64,000 nt of DNA from an uncultured Eubacterium sp. (GTDB taxonomy: Bacteria; Bacillota; Clostridia; Lachnospirales; Lachnospiraceae). Each line of letters starts with the position of its first letter. Positions within the stretch are counted from its first letter, which is position 1. The stretch is taken from positions 14,263 to 78,262 of the forward strand of contig CAYWXJ010000001.1 of the NCBI GenBank assembly GCA_964462405.1, given 5' to 3'. Made by a program: the position numbers and the translations under genes. The notes below the pieces were generated by a model. That model saw nothing but the letters and a program-made list of their open reading frames with translations, was not told the DNA's origin and did no database searches. Below, piece after piece: positions 19,041-28,907 of the stretch.

Positions 19041-19124
19041 GGCCCGAAAGTAAATGCACTATTATAAAAATTTTTCATTGCCTTCTTAAATTCTATAGCA
19101 TCTCTCGATTCGTATAAATCCATG

Positions 19125-20675
19125 TTACACCATCTCTTTCTCCATCTTTACTAAAAGACGTTTTACCTCTTTCATAACTGCCACAATCGCGTCATCATGG
19201 TTGCCGGCTGCTTTCTCAATCTGCTTTTGCAGGCTCATGGTAAGGCTGCTAATATCAAAACCATTGTTCTGCGAATTATGGTATGCAAGCGGCATATTGC
19301 CCCAGTCATCCGGGTAGTCCTCGGCAACTTCGCCGACTGCTTCATAAATCAAGCGTTTCGCCATATTTGGTGTAAGACCGCCGGCATTATTCCCCACAGT
19401 CAGCAACTTAAAGAGGTCATCCATATTGCTTATATCCGGCTCAAGGAAATAGGCTTCAACATAACGGAACTGGTAATCATTCAGTAAGCGGTTGTTGATG
19501 GCCCATGCAAGGCTTTTCCGTTCTGGCTGGAAAACCTGTTCCTCTGTAACTTCCTGGGCTGTCTGTGCTGTTGCCCTGTTAAAATCTGTCGTATAACCCA
19601 CATAAAGGTCTGGCAACTGAAAAGCTGACTGCACTTTGCGCCGGTTGTTATCAAGGTAATTTTGAAACAATTCATCTTTCTGTAATACACTTGCCAAGTC
19701 CTTCACTTCAATTTTGGGCTTTTCTGTTTCGTCAAAATCTGCTCTGCCGTCCGTGCTTTCTGTTTCTAATATGATGAAAGAGTGCTGTCCAGATTCTCCC
19801 TTGATGTCATCCATGTAGTGTTGCAGCTTCTCAAAACTTTCATCTGTCAGCGTGCCGCCTTCAATCATAATCATAAGTGGTGTATGTCTGCCATTTTCAA
19901 AGTAATTATTATTGAGGTTTTCCGCTTTCCTGCTGCCGTCCACACCAAGTACCTGGCCTATCCAGCGTACTTCGCCGTAAGGCTCCGTGCCTATGGTAAA
20001 ATCCATAATCTCATTGGCCTGGTATTCCAGTTCAAGAGTTTCTCCCTTTTTTAGATACAAACCGTTTCGGCTGTCCATGATACGAGGGTCGCCAAACTCT
20101 TTGAAATAAACAGACTTCCCGCCAACGTCCTGCCGATATTTGCAATAGCGTTTCTTTCGTTCTGTCTCTTTCCCATGATGGTAATATATTGACGAGATAT
20201 AGGGCTCCAGTGGTTTTGTCTTTTCAATAGATGGCGTATCTTTAATAAATTCAATCTGGACTACCTCGCCAGCTATATTGCGAATCACTTCCAGGTAGGC
20301 AATGCCGTAAGTTTCCCTGGCTTCCACAATATCTTCAAACACCTGCTTTGTGTCCTGCTCGGTGTTTAGCAGCTCAATAATCTCTGTAGCTCTTTCAAAC
20401 TCTGCTGCCTTTTCTGGCGTTTCCTCGGTGTCATCTATGTACCTGACGCCGATACCAAAGCCCGCGATATTATTTTTGTAGGCCCTGATACACTGTGGAA
20501 GAATCGTGCTATGCTTGACAAGAGCACGCAAACCCTTCAAATCATTTTCCGGCTTTATCCAGTCACCGGCACTGTAGGCTTCCTGCTCAGTAATCTGCAA
20601 GGGTGTTTCTGCTTTCTCAATCGGCACTTTGCCTTTGATAATATGTGCCTGCACTCCTTTTTTACTTTGTGCCAT
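19125..20675 (-). CDS. Portal protein (PBSX family, XkdE/YqbA-like)
   Basis: STILPQCIRAYKNNIAGFG, YFKEFGDPR, YGEVRW, NNNYFENGRHTP, DFNRATA. Confidence 0.93.
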   Translation of the reverse strand: MAQSKKGVQAHIIKGKVPIEKAETPLQITEQEAYSAGDWIKPENDLKGLRALVKHSTILPQCIRAYKNNIAGFGIGVRYIDDTEETPEKAAEFERATEIIELLNTEQDTKQVFEDIVEARETYGIAYLEVIRNIAGEVVQIEFIKDTPSIEKTKPLEPYISSIYYHHGKETERKKRYCKYRQDVGGKSVYFKEFGDPRIMDSRNGLYLKKGETLELEYQANEIMDFTIGTEPYGEVRWIGQVLGVDGSRKAENLNNNYFENGRHTPLMIMIEGGTLTDESFEKLQHYMDDIKGESGQHSFIILETESTDGRADFDETEKPKIEVKDLASVLQKDELFQNYLDNNRRKVQSAFQLPDLYVGYTTDFNRATAQTAQEVTEEQVFQPERKSLAWAINNRLLNDYQFRYVEAYFLEPDISNMDDLFKLLTVGNNAGGLTPNMAKRLIYEAVGEVAEDYPDDWGNMPLAYHNSQNNGFDISSLTMSLQKQIEKAAGNHDDAIVAVMKEVKRLLVKMEKEMV

Positions 20676-22077
20676 TCTGCTTTCCTCCCTTCTTTCGTTT
20701 TGGCGGTTTCACTGGTAAACATAAAAGCAAAACGCAGTCTGCTTCATCAGGAGACGGCAAACCGCGTTTCTTCATGGCTTCTTTACTTTCAACCCTTATT
20801 TTGCTCTGCTCTGTCAGTGAATATTTTCTACAGCTAAGCTGCGCTTTCAGGTCATCATCATTTGGTAAAATCAGTTCAACCGGTTTCGGCTGTCCGTTTT
20901 CATCAAATGGCTGCAATAACTTTTTTGCAACAAACATCATATAAGTAGTGCTGTCATAGCAATGCTTATGTTTTATTCTCTGGCCGAATTTTACCGGGTA
21001 AATCTCCATCCACCAAAACCGGTCAGGGTCACTATCCTTTATCTGACGCAGCCGGTCAACTACGCCGCCGCCAACGCCACCGTCATCAACTTTAATTGGT
21101 ATAGGTATCTGCCAATGATAACGCTGTATCAGTTCTTCGCCGCACATTACAATATCATCTGCGGTTTTCATAGTGTCCTGGCCTTGACGTTTTTTATAAA
21201 ACTCGGCCTTCTCATTTATTCTATAGCCAACAACTGTTTTATCGTCGCCGAACCTTGCTACATCACACCCAATATGTATAAGATGTGGTGAAGTACGTAA
21301 GAGAAATTCTGTCATGGCAGAACGTTCTACTAGAGAAAGTGGGATATAAATATCATTTTCCTGTAATGGAAACTCACCGGCTACACGTACCCGGAATACG
21401 TCGCTATCTTCACCATACATATTGATAATAGTTTTTACAAAATCAGGTGATACCCTTGTGCTGTTCCTGCCGTCAATATGAAACGTTGCATAGCTCTTTC
21501 TGTTTTTGTTATGGCTATCATAGAAAAAACCTGATAGCTGCGTCGGGTTCCCGCACATCAGGAGCCTAGCTCCCGGCGTAGACAATGAACCAAGTACCGG
21601 CTCAAAAATCGTATCGCTTACACCGCTTGCTTCATCTATAATGTAAAGAACCTCTTCGGCATGAAAACCTTGCAGCGCATCCGGCACGCTGGCGGTACGG
21701 GCTACAGCAAACCACTCTTCGGGGTGTTCCTTCATATAGAGCTTTTCTTTCGTCCATATTAAGTCACTGCCGATTGCTTTATTATGCCTAAGCCACTTGC
21801 TGACTTCTGCCCACAGAATATCAAATAACTGGTGCTGTGTCGGTGCCGTGCATGGTATCTTAGGAAATGGCCGTGTTGTCATAAACCAGATAATGCACCA
21901 TGCCTCAACGGTACTTTTGCCGACACCGTGACCGCTTCGTACGCTTGTCATCTGATTTGTTGCTACGCTTTGTAATATCTTTGCTTGCTGCGGGTCCGGC
22001 GTTGCGCCGATAATGTCCTCGACAAACTCTACAGGATGGTCAGCATAATATAGAATCGCTTCTTCATTCGTTATCAT
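20662..22077 (-). CDS. Terminase large subunit
   Basis: Walker A SGHGVGKS, Walker B YIIDEA, GNP, GCDVARFGDD, SPDEAD; likely start MITNEE at 22077. Confidence 0.95.
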   Translation of the reverse strand: MITNEEAILYYADHPVEFVEDIIGATPDPQQAKILQSVATNQMTSVRSGHGVGKSTVEAWCIIWFMTTRPFPKIPCTAPTQHQLFDILWAEVSKWLRHNKAIGSDLIWTKEKLYMKEHPEEWFAVARTASVPDALQGFHAEEVLYIIDEASGVSDTIFEPVLGSLSTPGARLLMCGNPTQLSGFFYDSHNKNRKSYATFHIDGRNSTRVSPDFVKTIINMYGEDSDVFRVRVAGEFPLQENDIYIPLSLVERSAMTEFLLRTSPHLIHIGCDVARFGDDKTVVGYRINEKAEFYKKRQGQDTMKTADDIVMCGEELIQRYHWQIPIPIKVDDGGVGGGVVDRLRQIKDSDPDRFWWMEIYPVKFGQRIKHKHCYDSTTYMMFVAKKLLQPFDENGQPKPVELILPNDDDLKAQLSCRKYSLTEQSKIRVESKEAMKKRGLPSPDEADCVLLLCLPVKPPKRKKGGKQNGTK

Positions 22078-22600
22078 CTGACTGCTCCTTTCTTTTCTGA
22101 TACGCCGAAACAACCGTATCAGCCAAAGAAGGTCCGGCACTATCGGAATCTTTCTGTTCAAACCAGCCCATGAACTTACCTAAAAGCTCCATTGCCCGTA
22201 GCTTGTCATGTGTTTTTACTTCCATACCTTGTGCGTTCTCCTTAATGCTGGCAATCGCACATAATTTTTCCGGCGGTAAGGAATCAGTCGGCACAAACTC
22301 AACGTGTGTACCAGTTTCCTTCGTGCCGACAACCTTTGCAAAGTCGGCACCATTCGCACGTATAATCGCAATCAGCTCATTTACCACAGACTCTTGGGAG
22401 ATTTCCAGCTTTTTCTCTATCTTCTTCCGGCGTTTCTGTAGCTCGGCTTGAATGTTAGCTTTGGTTAGTAGTCTTGCCGCCTGCTCTTTTGCCGTCTTTT
22501 TTGAGTACCCGGCACGAATAGCCGCTTGCGTGGCATTCAGGTCAACCAGGTATTCATCAACAAATCGTTGCTGTTTCGGCGTCAATTTCCTTTCTGCCAC
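22064..22600 (-). CDS. Terminase small subunit
   Basis: LTPKQQRFVDEYLVDLNATQAAIRAGYS, DKLRAMELLGK; GTG start with AAGGTG RBS (ORF track start 22699). Confidence 0.93.
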   Translation of the reverse strand: MAERKLTPKQQRFVDEYLVDLNATQAAIRAGYSKKTAKEQAARLLTKANIQAELQKRRKKIEKKLEISQESVVNELIAIIRANGADFAKVVGTKETGTHVEFVPTDSLPPEKLCAIASIKENAQGMEVKTHDKLRAMELLGKFMGWFEQKDSDSAGPSLADTVVSAYQKRKEQSDDNE

Positions 22601-22717
22601 GCTTTCACCTTCTTTCCTGCAATAGTAAAAGCGGGTATATGTAGCTTCGTACCATACGCCCGCCTTCGTCCTTATCGAATCTCTGTTCGTTTTCGACATT
22701 TTGCATTATGCCACAAC

Positions 22718-23170
22718 TTATACGTGAATTAACATGGCTTTCTCAGAAATTTTTTGTAAAGCTATCCCATGAAGTCTCAATGTCCAGCGATAGGAAATAT
22801 CAAGCAGCTCCATAATATCTTCCCATTTCATGTGTCTCAAATACCTTGCTTCCATCAATAACCGCTGGCTGCTGTCGTCCAAAAGGTCAATAACTTCCTG
22901 CACAATATGTAAGTCTTTTCTCAGTTCAGAAATTTCTTTACGAATATCATCCTGTATGCTTACAATCTCGATTGCACAATTTTCTATTTTATGAGAAGGC
23001 GTCAGACTGAATGTCGTCACCTCTTTTATCTCAGCCGTAATTGACTCCGCCATTTCCTGATAATGCCGGATAAGCTCCTGTTTCTCCTTTATCCTCTGTT
23101 CATGATACCAGCAGCACTTCAAAAAGTCCTTTGGATTTTCTGCTACCTGTTTTCGTTGTTCCTCTGTCAT
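22718..23170 (-). CDS. ArpU/RinA-like (DUF1492) late transcription activator
   Basis: C-terminal sigma-4-like HTH LLMEARYL..MKWEDI...LDISYR...LHGIAL; immediately upstream of terminase. Confidence 0.82.
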   Translation of the reverse strand: MTEEQRKQVAENPKDFLKCCWYHEQRIKEKQELIRHYQEMAESITAEIKEVTTFSLTPSHKIENCAIEIVSIQDDIRKEISELRKDLHIVQEVIDLLDDSSQRLLMEARYLRHMKWEDIMELLDISYRWTLRLHGIALQKISEKAMLIHV

Positions 23171-24528
23171 GTGGTTACCTCCTTAATTCTTGCCAGTAAC
23201 GCTTCAAGTAATGCGTTCTGCCTTTCTGCCTTTGGTGCAAGAACCTGGTCCAGCACCCATGTATCAGCCGTATCTTTCATCAGTAAGTGATGTATCAATA
23301 CTGTTTGCTTCTGTCCCATGCGGTGTACTCTTTTATTTGCCTGCTGGTACAGTTCTAAGCTGCATGGCAGTCCATACCAAATCACGATATGCCCACCGAA
23401 CTGTAAATTAAGGCCGTGCCCCGCACTCGCCGGATGCGCCAAAAGAATCGGGATACGCCCGGCGTTCCATTCTTTTACTGCCGATTTTTCTTTTACGTCT
23501 ACGGCTTCCGGGTACCGTTCTTTGATTCTGTCGCGCTCATGTTTATAAGCGTAGAACAACAAAATAGGCTGTCCGTTCGCTTCCTCTATCAAAGTATCAA
23601 GAGCATTCAGCTTTTCATCATGAAGTATTTTTACATCACCGTTTTCGTTATAGGCTGCCCCGCCTGCCACTTGTAAGAGCTTATTAGTAAGAATCGCTGC
23701 CGAACCAGCGTCAATGTCCCCATCTTCATACGGCAGCAGCATATCCTTTTCCAGTTTCCGGTATATTGCAAGCGTTTCTTCGGATAACTCTATTTCGTGC
23801 CGGACGTCTAAACGTTCGGGAAGCTGTAAGTAATCCGCCGTTTTCATGCTGATACAAAGGCCTTCCAGTTTTTTATAAATTTCTTCTTCTGCATTCTGTC
23901 TCGGTTTCCAGGAGAAAATCATCTGCTGGTTTCTTTTATCCGGTAAAAAATATTGGTCCCTGTAGCCGGTCAAAGTCTTGCCTAACGCTTTTCCACCGTC
24001 CAGCAGATACATTTCTGGCCACAAATCCAGCAAGCCATTTGGCGACGGCGTACCAGTAAGCCCGACAATTCTTTTGATATAAGGCCTTACTTTTTTCAAT
24101 GCCCTAAACCGTTGTGCTTTGCTAGACTTAAAACTTGATAGTTCATCAATCACTACCATATCAAACGGCCACTTTTTCTTATAATAGTTTACCAGCCATT
24201 GCACATTTTCCCGATTGATAATATAAATGTCAGCCTCCCGGCGTAAAGCCTCTATACGTACCTGCTGACTGCCGATTATCATTGAAAAAGTCATGTGCTT
24301 TGTATGGTCCCATTTCTCAATTTCTACCGGCCATGTTTCTTTTGCCGGTTGCAAAGGTGCAATAACCAGCACTTTACGAATAGAAAAGCAGTCATATATC
24401 AATTCTTCAACCGCCGATAACGTAATCGCCGTTTTCCCCATACCCATATCTAAAAGCAGCCCTAGCTCCGGATTCTCCAATATTTTCTGAATACAAAACT
24501 TCTGGTAATACTTTGCTTCAAATCTCAT
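23167..24528 (-). CDS. SNF2-family (DEAD/H-like) phage helicase
   Basis: LDMGMGKT, VIDELS, LTGTP, SAGHGLNLQ, QANKRVHRMGQ. Confidence 0.93.
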   Translation of the reverse strand: MRFEAKYYQKFCIQKILENPELGLLLDMGMGKTAITLSAVEELIYDCFSIRKVLVIAPLQPAKETWPVEIEKWDHTKHMTFSMIIGSQQVRIEALRREADIYIINRENVQWLVNYYKKKWPFDMVVIDELSSFKSSKAQRFRALKKVRPYIKRIVGLTGTPSPNGLLDLWPEMYLLDGGKALGKTLTGYRDQYFLPDKRNQQMIFSWKPRQNAEEEIYKKLEGLCISMKTADYLQLPERLDVRHEIELSEETLAIYRKLEKDMLLPYEDGDIDAGSAAILTNKLLQVAGGAAYNENGDVKILHDEKLNALDTLIEEANGQPILLFYAYKHERDRIKERYPEAVDVKEKSAVKEWNAGRIPILLAHPASAGHGLNLQFGGHIVIWYGLPCSLELYQQANKRVHRMGQKQTVLIHHLLMKDTADTWVLDQVLAPKAERQNALLEALLARIKEVTT

Positions 24529-24799
24529 GTGATAAACGCTCCTTTAAGTCGTCCAAGTTGTCAATCCTCCATGCTTTACAGCCGAGGGCTTTCAAAACCC
24601 GAAACATTTTCTTTTGCCGTTCGCTCATGCCGTCTTTTCTGCCGGGTCTCTTTAATTCGATAAAAATTATTTTACCGCCAGGCAATATACAAATACGGTC
24701 AGGTACGCCGTTTTCCCCAGGACAAACCCATTTATAACACCGGCCACCGAGAGAACGGATATACTTTCTGACAGACTGTTCCAAAGTGCTTTCTAACAT
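24518..24799 (-). CDS. VRR-NUC domain nuclease
   Basis: GVPDRI...IFIELKRPG...Q. Confidence 0.92.
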   Translation of the reverse strand: MLESTLEQSVRKYIRSLGGRCYKWVCPGENGVPDRICILPGGKIIFIELKRPGRKDGMSERQKKMFRVLKALGCKAWRIDNLDDLKERLSHEI

Positions 24800-24816
24800 C
24801 TTAAAACCTCCTTCGG

Positions 24817-25203
24817 TCAGCAGAATCAGCAGGTTTTCTATAATTACTTTTTCTAATTTAAGAATTAAGGGCTATTTTTTAACAATATTGCTATACCTTT
24901 AATTCTTAAATTTTAATTTTAATACTTTTATACATTTTTCTGCTGATTCTGCTGATACATTCAAAAAAGTCAGTAAAAACAAGGCTTGGAAGCGTCAGCG
25001 GTTACCTGCTGACACTGCTGATTCTGCTGACGGCTCAAAGGCTTGGTTTTACTGACTTTCAAGCAAAATCACTTGTAAAATAGTGCTAAATTTCAGGCCT
25101 GTTTTACTTCTTACTTCTTAAATTCTTCATATTTTCAATCACTTCTGCTAAAATCAATAGCTTTTCACTCTAAAATCAGCAGTCTGCTGACATGTTCTGC
25201 TGA
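24817..25203. other. Putative phage replication origin (CTGCTGA iterons, nested inverted repeats, AT-rich core)
   Basis: TCAGCAGAATCAGCAG (24817-24832) inverted with CTGCTGATTCTGCTGA (24940-24955) around an AT-rich palindrome; more CTGCTGA copies to 25203; directly downstream of the primase-helicase. Confidence 0.7.
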
Positions 25204-25222
25204 TAGCAAAATCACTAAATTT

Positions 25223-25384
25223 TTAATGCTTTGGAATGAGGTAAATTCGGGACAAATTCTGGCCTGATAGCCGTAGCGTCTTTACTGCTGCCGTCCACTC
25301 CTTATCAAATTGCCGAATATAGCCTTCTGTGTATTTACTTGGAAACTTACGTCTCAATTCCTTTATCATGTCCTCTGTTATCAA
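25223..25384 (-). CDS. Small hypothetical phage protein
   Basis: TTG start overlapping the VirE stop with GGGAGG RBS (ORF track start 25456). Confidence 0.55.
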   Translation of the reverse strand: MITEDMIKELRRKFPSKYTEGYIRQFDKEWTAAVKTLRLSGQNLSRIYLIPKH

Positions 25385-27774
25385 AATTCTACCTCCCTTG
25401 AAAAACCTCTCTGCCTGCCATAAATGCCGCAGTTCATAGAGCTTTGGCTTTTCCAACCTGGAATCCTTCTTAATATTCCGTTGATTTCCCTCGCCTGCAT
25501 AGGAGTAAAGGTTTTCGGGTCACCCCTGAAAAGTTCCTGCCATATCTCTATTGCGCATACACGGTTTCTTATTTCCGTACCTTCTTCCTTTTCTCCGAAG
25601 CCACCGCCCCAAAACAACATCCTTTTATCAAGGTCCATCTTTTCCCACCCCTTAGGCAACAACGTGTCTAAGAAATTCTCTATCAGTCCTTGTTTGCCGT
25701 TCATTTCCGTGTGTTCCTCCTGTACTTTTCTGGCCATCTGCTCCACGCGTTCACTCAAATACCATTGCTCGCCAGCTTCAAAACGCATAACTGCTTCTGC
25801 CCAAACCTGGTCTACAATTTCATCTGTCAACATTCCGCCGAGTTCCCGGCCTTTATCTGTTACTACAACCGGCCAAAAACGGCGGCCGCCTGTGGAATCC
25901 CTCATAAATTCGCTGTCGTTCGTCGTGCCGAAAAAAGCGCACTGCCTTGGGTGTTCCTGCGTCCTTCTGGCATACGCAGCTCTATAACTGTCTGTCTGCT
26001 TGCTCATAAATTGCTTGATTTGTTCAAGTTCTGCCTTTTTAGTTGCTGCCATCTCACCCATTTCTATTATCCAGTGTCCTTGTAACTGCTCATAAGCGTC
26101 TTTTCCTGAAACGGTATAAAGGGAGTCAGAAAACCACTGTCTCCCTAATTTGGCAAGTGTTGTAGATTTCCTGCACCCTTGCGGGCCTACCAAAACCAAC
26201 GCATGGTCATGTTTGCAGCCAGGTGAGTAGATTCTTGCTACGGCGCCTATCAATGCTTTTCTTGTGACTTCTCTCGTATATTCGTTGTCTGCTGCGTCCA
26301 AGTAATCAATAAAAAGCGTGTCCATTCTGTTCTGACCGTCCCAGGTAAGGCCGTCCAAATATTCTCTTACCGGGTGACGTTTACATGAGAGCATAGCAAG
26401 CTCTACGGCGTCGCGTATTTTGCTAGGGCTTTCAATCCCATAATGTTTTTCTAAGTGTCTCCTAAGTCCCGAATCGTCTGAATCCTGCCAGCAGTCAGAG
26501 GACCGTTTTTCCAGCTTCTCCCAAGGAAGGTCACCAGATACAACCGGCCTTTCCCTAAATTCATCATAATAATACCGGCCACGTAATTCCGGGTCATGCA
26601 GAAGAACAAGACTTGCATTATCTATGGTTGCCTCAAACGTTCCCTTTGGTGAAACGCTTAATTCTTTCAACCAGTCCGTTTCTTCCTCCGGCAAATCGTC
26701 CCACTGGTCCGAAAGCTCCTTTAGTTTTGTCATTGCCAGTTCATGTCTTACGGCTTCATCATTTATCGCAATATCTGACATTGCCGTATAACTTGGAAGC
26801 CTGCTTACCGGCGTACCTGGCGCCGCGTCGTCGTCTTTGTCACCAAACATATGGAGTCTTACCAGGTCAAACGCATTGCAGAGTTTTCCGCTGATAGGGT
26901 CTGTTCCGTGATGGGAGTACGCAAATTTTCCGTCCTCATATAGCACAAGACCGCCGGAAGTGGAACCACCGGCAAACGTATAACGGCCTTCACCGCATTT
27001 GATATATACCTCCGGCAAAAAAGTCTCTATGGCGTCCTCAATGGAGTAGACGCGACAGAATGCGCCAACGACATTCTTTTTCTCTGTCGGGTCACCCTGC
27101 TTTTTTGCAAGACGCTGCATAATATCTTGTTTTCTGCTCGATACCGGCCATTCACTAGGGTCCCGCCAGTCATTATATCTCATGAGCTGCTCATCAGGGT
27201 CTAGCCACGGCCCGTCAGAAACGAAGTAACGATATTCAGCATCTCTTGACGCACTCGGCCAATACATCAACCTATGTGGCTCATAGGTAGTATCGTCAAA
27301 AAGGTCTATGCCTATATCGCCGGCCACACGTCTTGCCACTGCTGTGTATTCATCTGGACTTACCGGCCTCGCTAAAGGAATTACAAGGCGTAGCCTTGGC
27401 GCCCTTGGCGTTGATGAATGCGTGCTATATAAAACAGCAGCACACCCTAAAATCAATTCTACAGTTTCCCACGGAGAATCAGAAACAGTTACATAGTCTA
27501 AGTCAAGAGTTAAAAGCCGTCTTTGCATAATTGTCTCAGCTTTACGGCGTCCACCTTTTACGGCACCGCCTACAAAACCGCCGACATCTTTTATTTCATC
27601 CCGGCGCGGTTTACTCATTGCCTTATATTCTGCAAGTGTTTCCTGTGTCCGGGTAACTGTCTGTAGCCTTTCGGCAAATGTGCTCCAAAGAACTTCTTCA
27701 TTCTTCCAGCTAGTTGATTTTCGCGAGCTACCCGTCGCTATTCTAATTGGTCCATCATACTGTAATTTGTTCAT
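25381..27774 (-). CDS. Primase-helicase (VirE/virulence-associated E family)
   Basis: KDVGGFVGG, LDLD, YSTHS...PRLRLVIPL primase part; GPQGCRKST, IEMGEM, GTTN, TGGRRFWPV helicase part. Confidence 0.93.
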   Translation of the reverse strand: MNKLQYDGPIRIATGSSRKSTSWKNEEVLWSTFAERLQTVTRTQETLAEYKAMSKPRRDEIKDVGGFVGGAVKGGRRKAETIMQRRLLTLDLDYVTVSDSPWETVELILGCAAVLYSTHSSTPRAPRLRLVIPLARPVSPDEYTAVARRVAGDIGIDLFDDTTYEPHRLMYWPSASRDAEYRYFVSDGPWLDPDEQLMRYNDWRDPSEWPVSSRKQDIMQRLAKKQGDPTEKKNVVGAFCRVYSIEDAIETFLPEVYIKCGEGRYTFAGGSTSGGLVLYEDGKFAYSHHGTDPISGKLCNAFDLVRLHMFGDKDDDAAPGTPVSRLPSYTAMSDIAINDEAVRHELAMTKLKELSDQWDDLPEEETDWLKELSVSPKGTFEATIDNASLVLLHDPELRGRYYYDEFRERPVVSGDLPWEKLEKRSSDCWQDSDDSGLRRHLEKHYGIESPSKIRDAVELAMLSCKRHPVREYLDGLTWDGQNRMDTLFIDYLDAADNEYTREVTRKALIGAVARIYSPGCKHDHALVLVGPQGCRKSTTLAKLGRQWFSDSLYTVSGKDAYEQLQGHWIIEMGEMAATKKAELEQIKQFMSKQTDSYRAAYARRTQEHPRQCAFFGTTNDSEFMRDSTGGRRFWPVVVTDKGRELGGMLTDEIVDQVWAEAVMRFEAGEQWYLSERVEQMARKVQEEHTEMNGKQGLIENFLDTLLPKGWEKMDLDKRMLFWGGGFGEKEEGTEIRNRVCAIEIWQELFRGDPKTFTPMQAREINGILRRIPGWKSQSSMNCGIYGRQRGFSREVEF

Positions 27775-28391
27775 CCGGTCACAACCTTTGTAATGCCTGC
27801 ATTCTTAATCATACGGTCGCAGAAATTACACGGTGCCGGCGTTACGGCTTCATCAAGGCTTGCAAGGTATAGGGTAGCGCCCTGCATATCCTTTCTGGCT
27901 GCACTGATAATAGCGTTCTGTTCTGCATGAACCGCTACGCAAGAGCCGTACTGATTTCCATGTACGCTTGCTTTCGGGTCCCTGGGAAAATCATGACTAT
28001 CTTTATAACAGATGCCTATATCACAGCAATTCGCTTCGCCCCTGGGTGCGCCGTTGTAACCGGTCGCAATAATTTCATCATGGTTGACGATAACGGCTCC
28101 ATACTGCCTATGTAAGCAGGTAGAGCGCTTTGCAACGGCTTTCGCAATCTCCAGATAATAGGTATCTTTATCGATTCTGTTTGTCTTTGTCATATTACGC
28201 AAAATCTCCTTCCAGCATGTTACTGATGTCCCCTGTATTTCGGGCTTACAATGTTCCTCAAACCACTCAGGTGAATGTGTCTGTGTCAGGATTTCAGATA
28301 AACCTAGACTGTCTAAATAACTATAATTGCAAGGACAATCATATGCAACGGCAAGCATCTCCGCAATCATATCTAATAACATAGCAGTCAC
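27771..28391 (-). CDS. dCMP deaminase with Cys-containing N-terminal extension
   Basis: RSTCLHRQYGAVIV, TGYNG, HAEQNAII, PCNFC. Confidence 0.9.
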   Translation of the reverse strand: MTAMLLDMIAEMLAVAYDCPCNYSYLDSLGLSEILTQTHSPEWFEEHCKPEIQGTSVTCWKEILRNMTKTNRIDKDTYYLEIAKAVAKRSTCLHRQYGAVIVNHDEIIATGYNGAPRGEANCCDIGICYKDSHDFPRDPKASVHGNQYGSCVAVHAEQNAIISAARKDMQGATLYLASLDEAVTPAPCNFCDRMIKNAGITKVVTG

Positions 28392-28792
28392 CTCCCTGTT
28401 GAACCAAAAGCGCCAGCCTCGCGGTTTTCTCCTAAATCCGTTACAAACTCAGGCACCGTAACCGGTAAAAGTACAAGCTGCCCGATACGGTCGCCTTTGC
28501 AAATCATCCTTGGCGAGTTACTTACATTTGATACGATTGCGTGAATCTCACCACGATAGCCGGAATCAACCGGCGGTAACTCACAGACAATTCCTTTTGC
28601 GCTAAGGCTTGTTCTTGGAAAGATAAAGCCAGCCATGCCGTCAGGAAGTTCAAGGCCAAAGCCTAATGGTATTTTCAGAATCTCTCCCGGATAAACCATA
28701 TAATCTTTATCGCAGTAAACATCTGCGCCTGCGTCGTTATAATGCGCCCTGGTGGGAATTTTCCCGCCAAAGTCTATCAATCTTACTTTCAT
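28388..28792 (-). CDS. dut: dUTPase (trimeric family)
   Basis: AGAD, PRTS, VDSGYRGEI, GDRIGQL, R..GAFGSTG. Confidence 0.95.
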   Translation of the reverse strand: MKVRLIDFGGKIPTRAHYNDAGADVYCDKDYMVYPGEILKIPLGFGLELPDGMAGFIFPRTSLSAKGIVCELPPVDSGYRGEIHAIVSNVSNSPRMICKGDRIGQLVLLPVTVPEFVTDLGENREAGAFGSTGR

Positions 28793-28804
28793 GTGTCCTC
28801 CTTC

Positions 28805-28907
28805 TGGTCTAAAACGAGTTTTAAGGCTCCTAATTCGTCCATATTCGCGTTTTAATTAAGTGCTTAGCGCTTTATCAGCCTAAAGCCTTAAAACTCCGAT
28901 TTGGACC
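28805..28907. repeat. Palindromic element copy 3 (inverted relative to copies 1 and 2) plus an extra half-site
   Basis: GTCCATATTCGCGTTTTAA (28837-28855)-N32-TTAAAACTCCGATTTGGAC (28888-28906); reverse-complement spacer begins GGCTTTAGGCTGATAAA; half-site GGTCTAAAACGAGTTTTAAGGCT near 28806. Confidence 0.8.
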
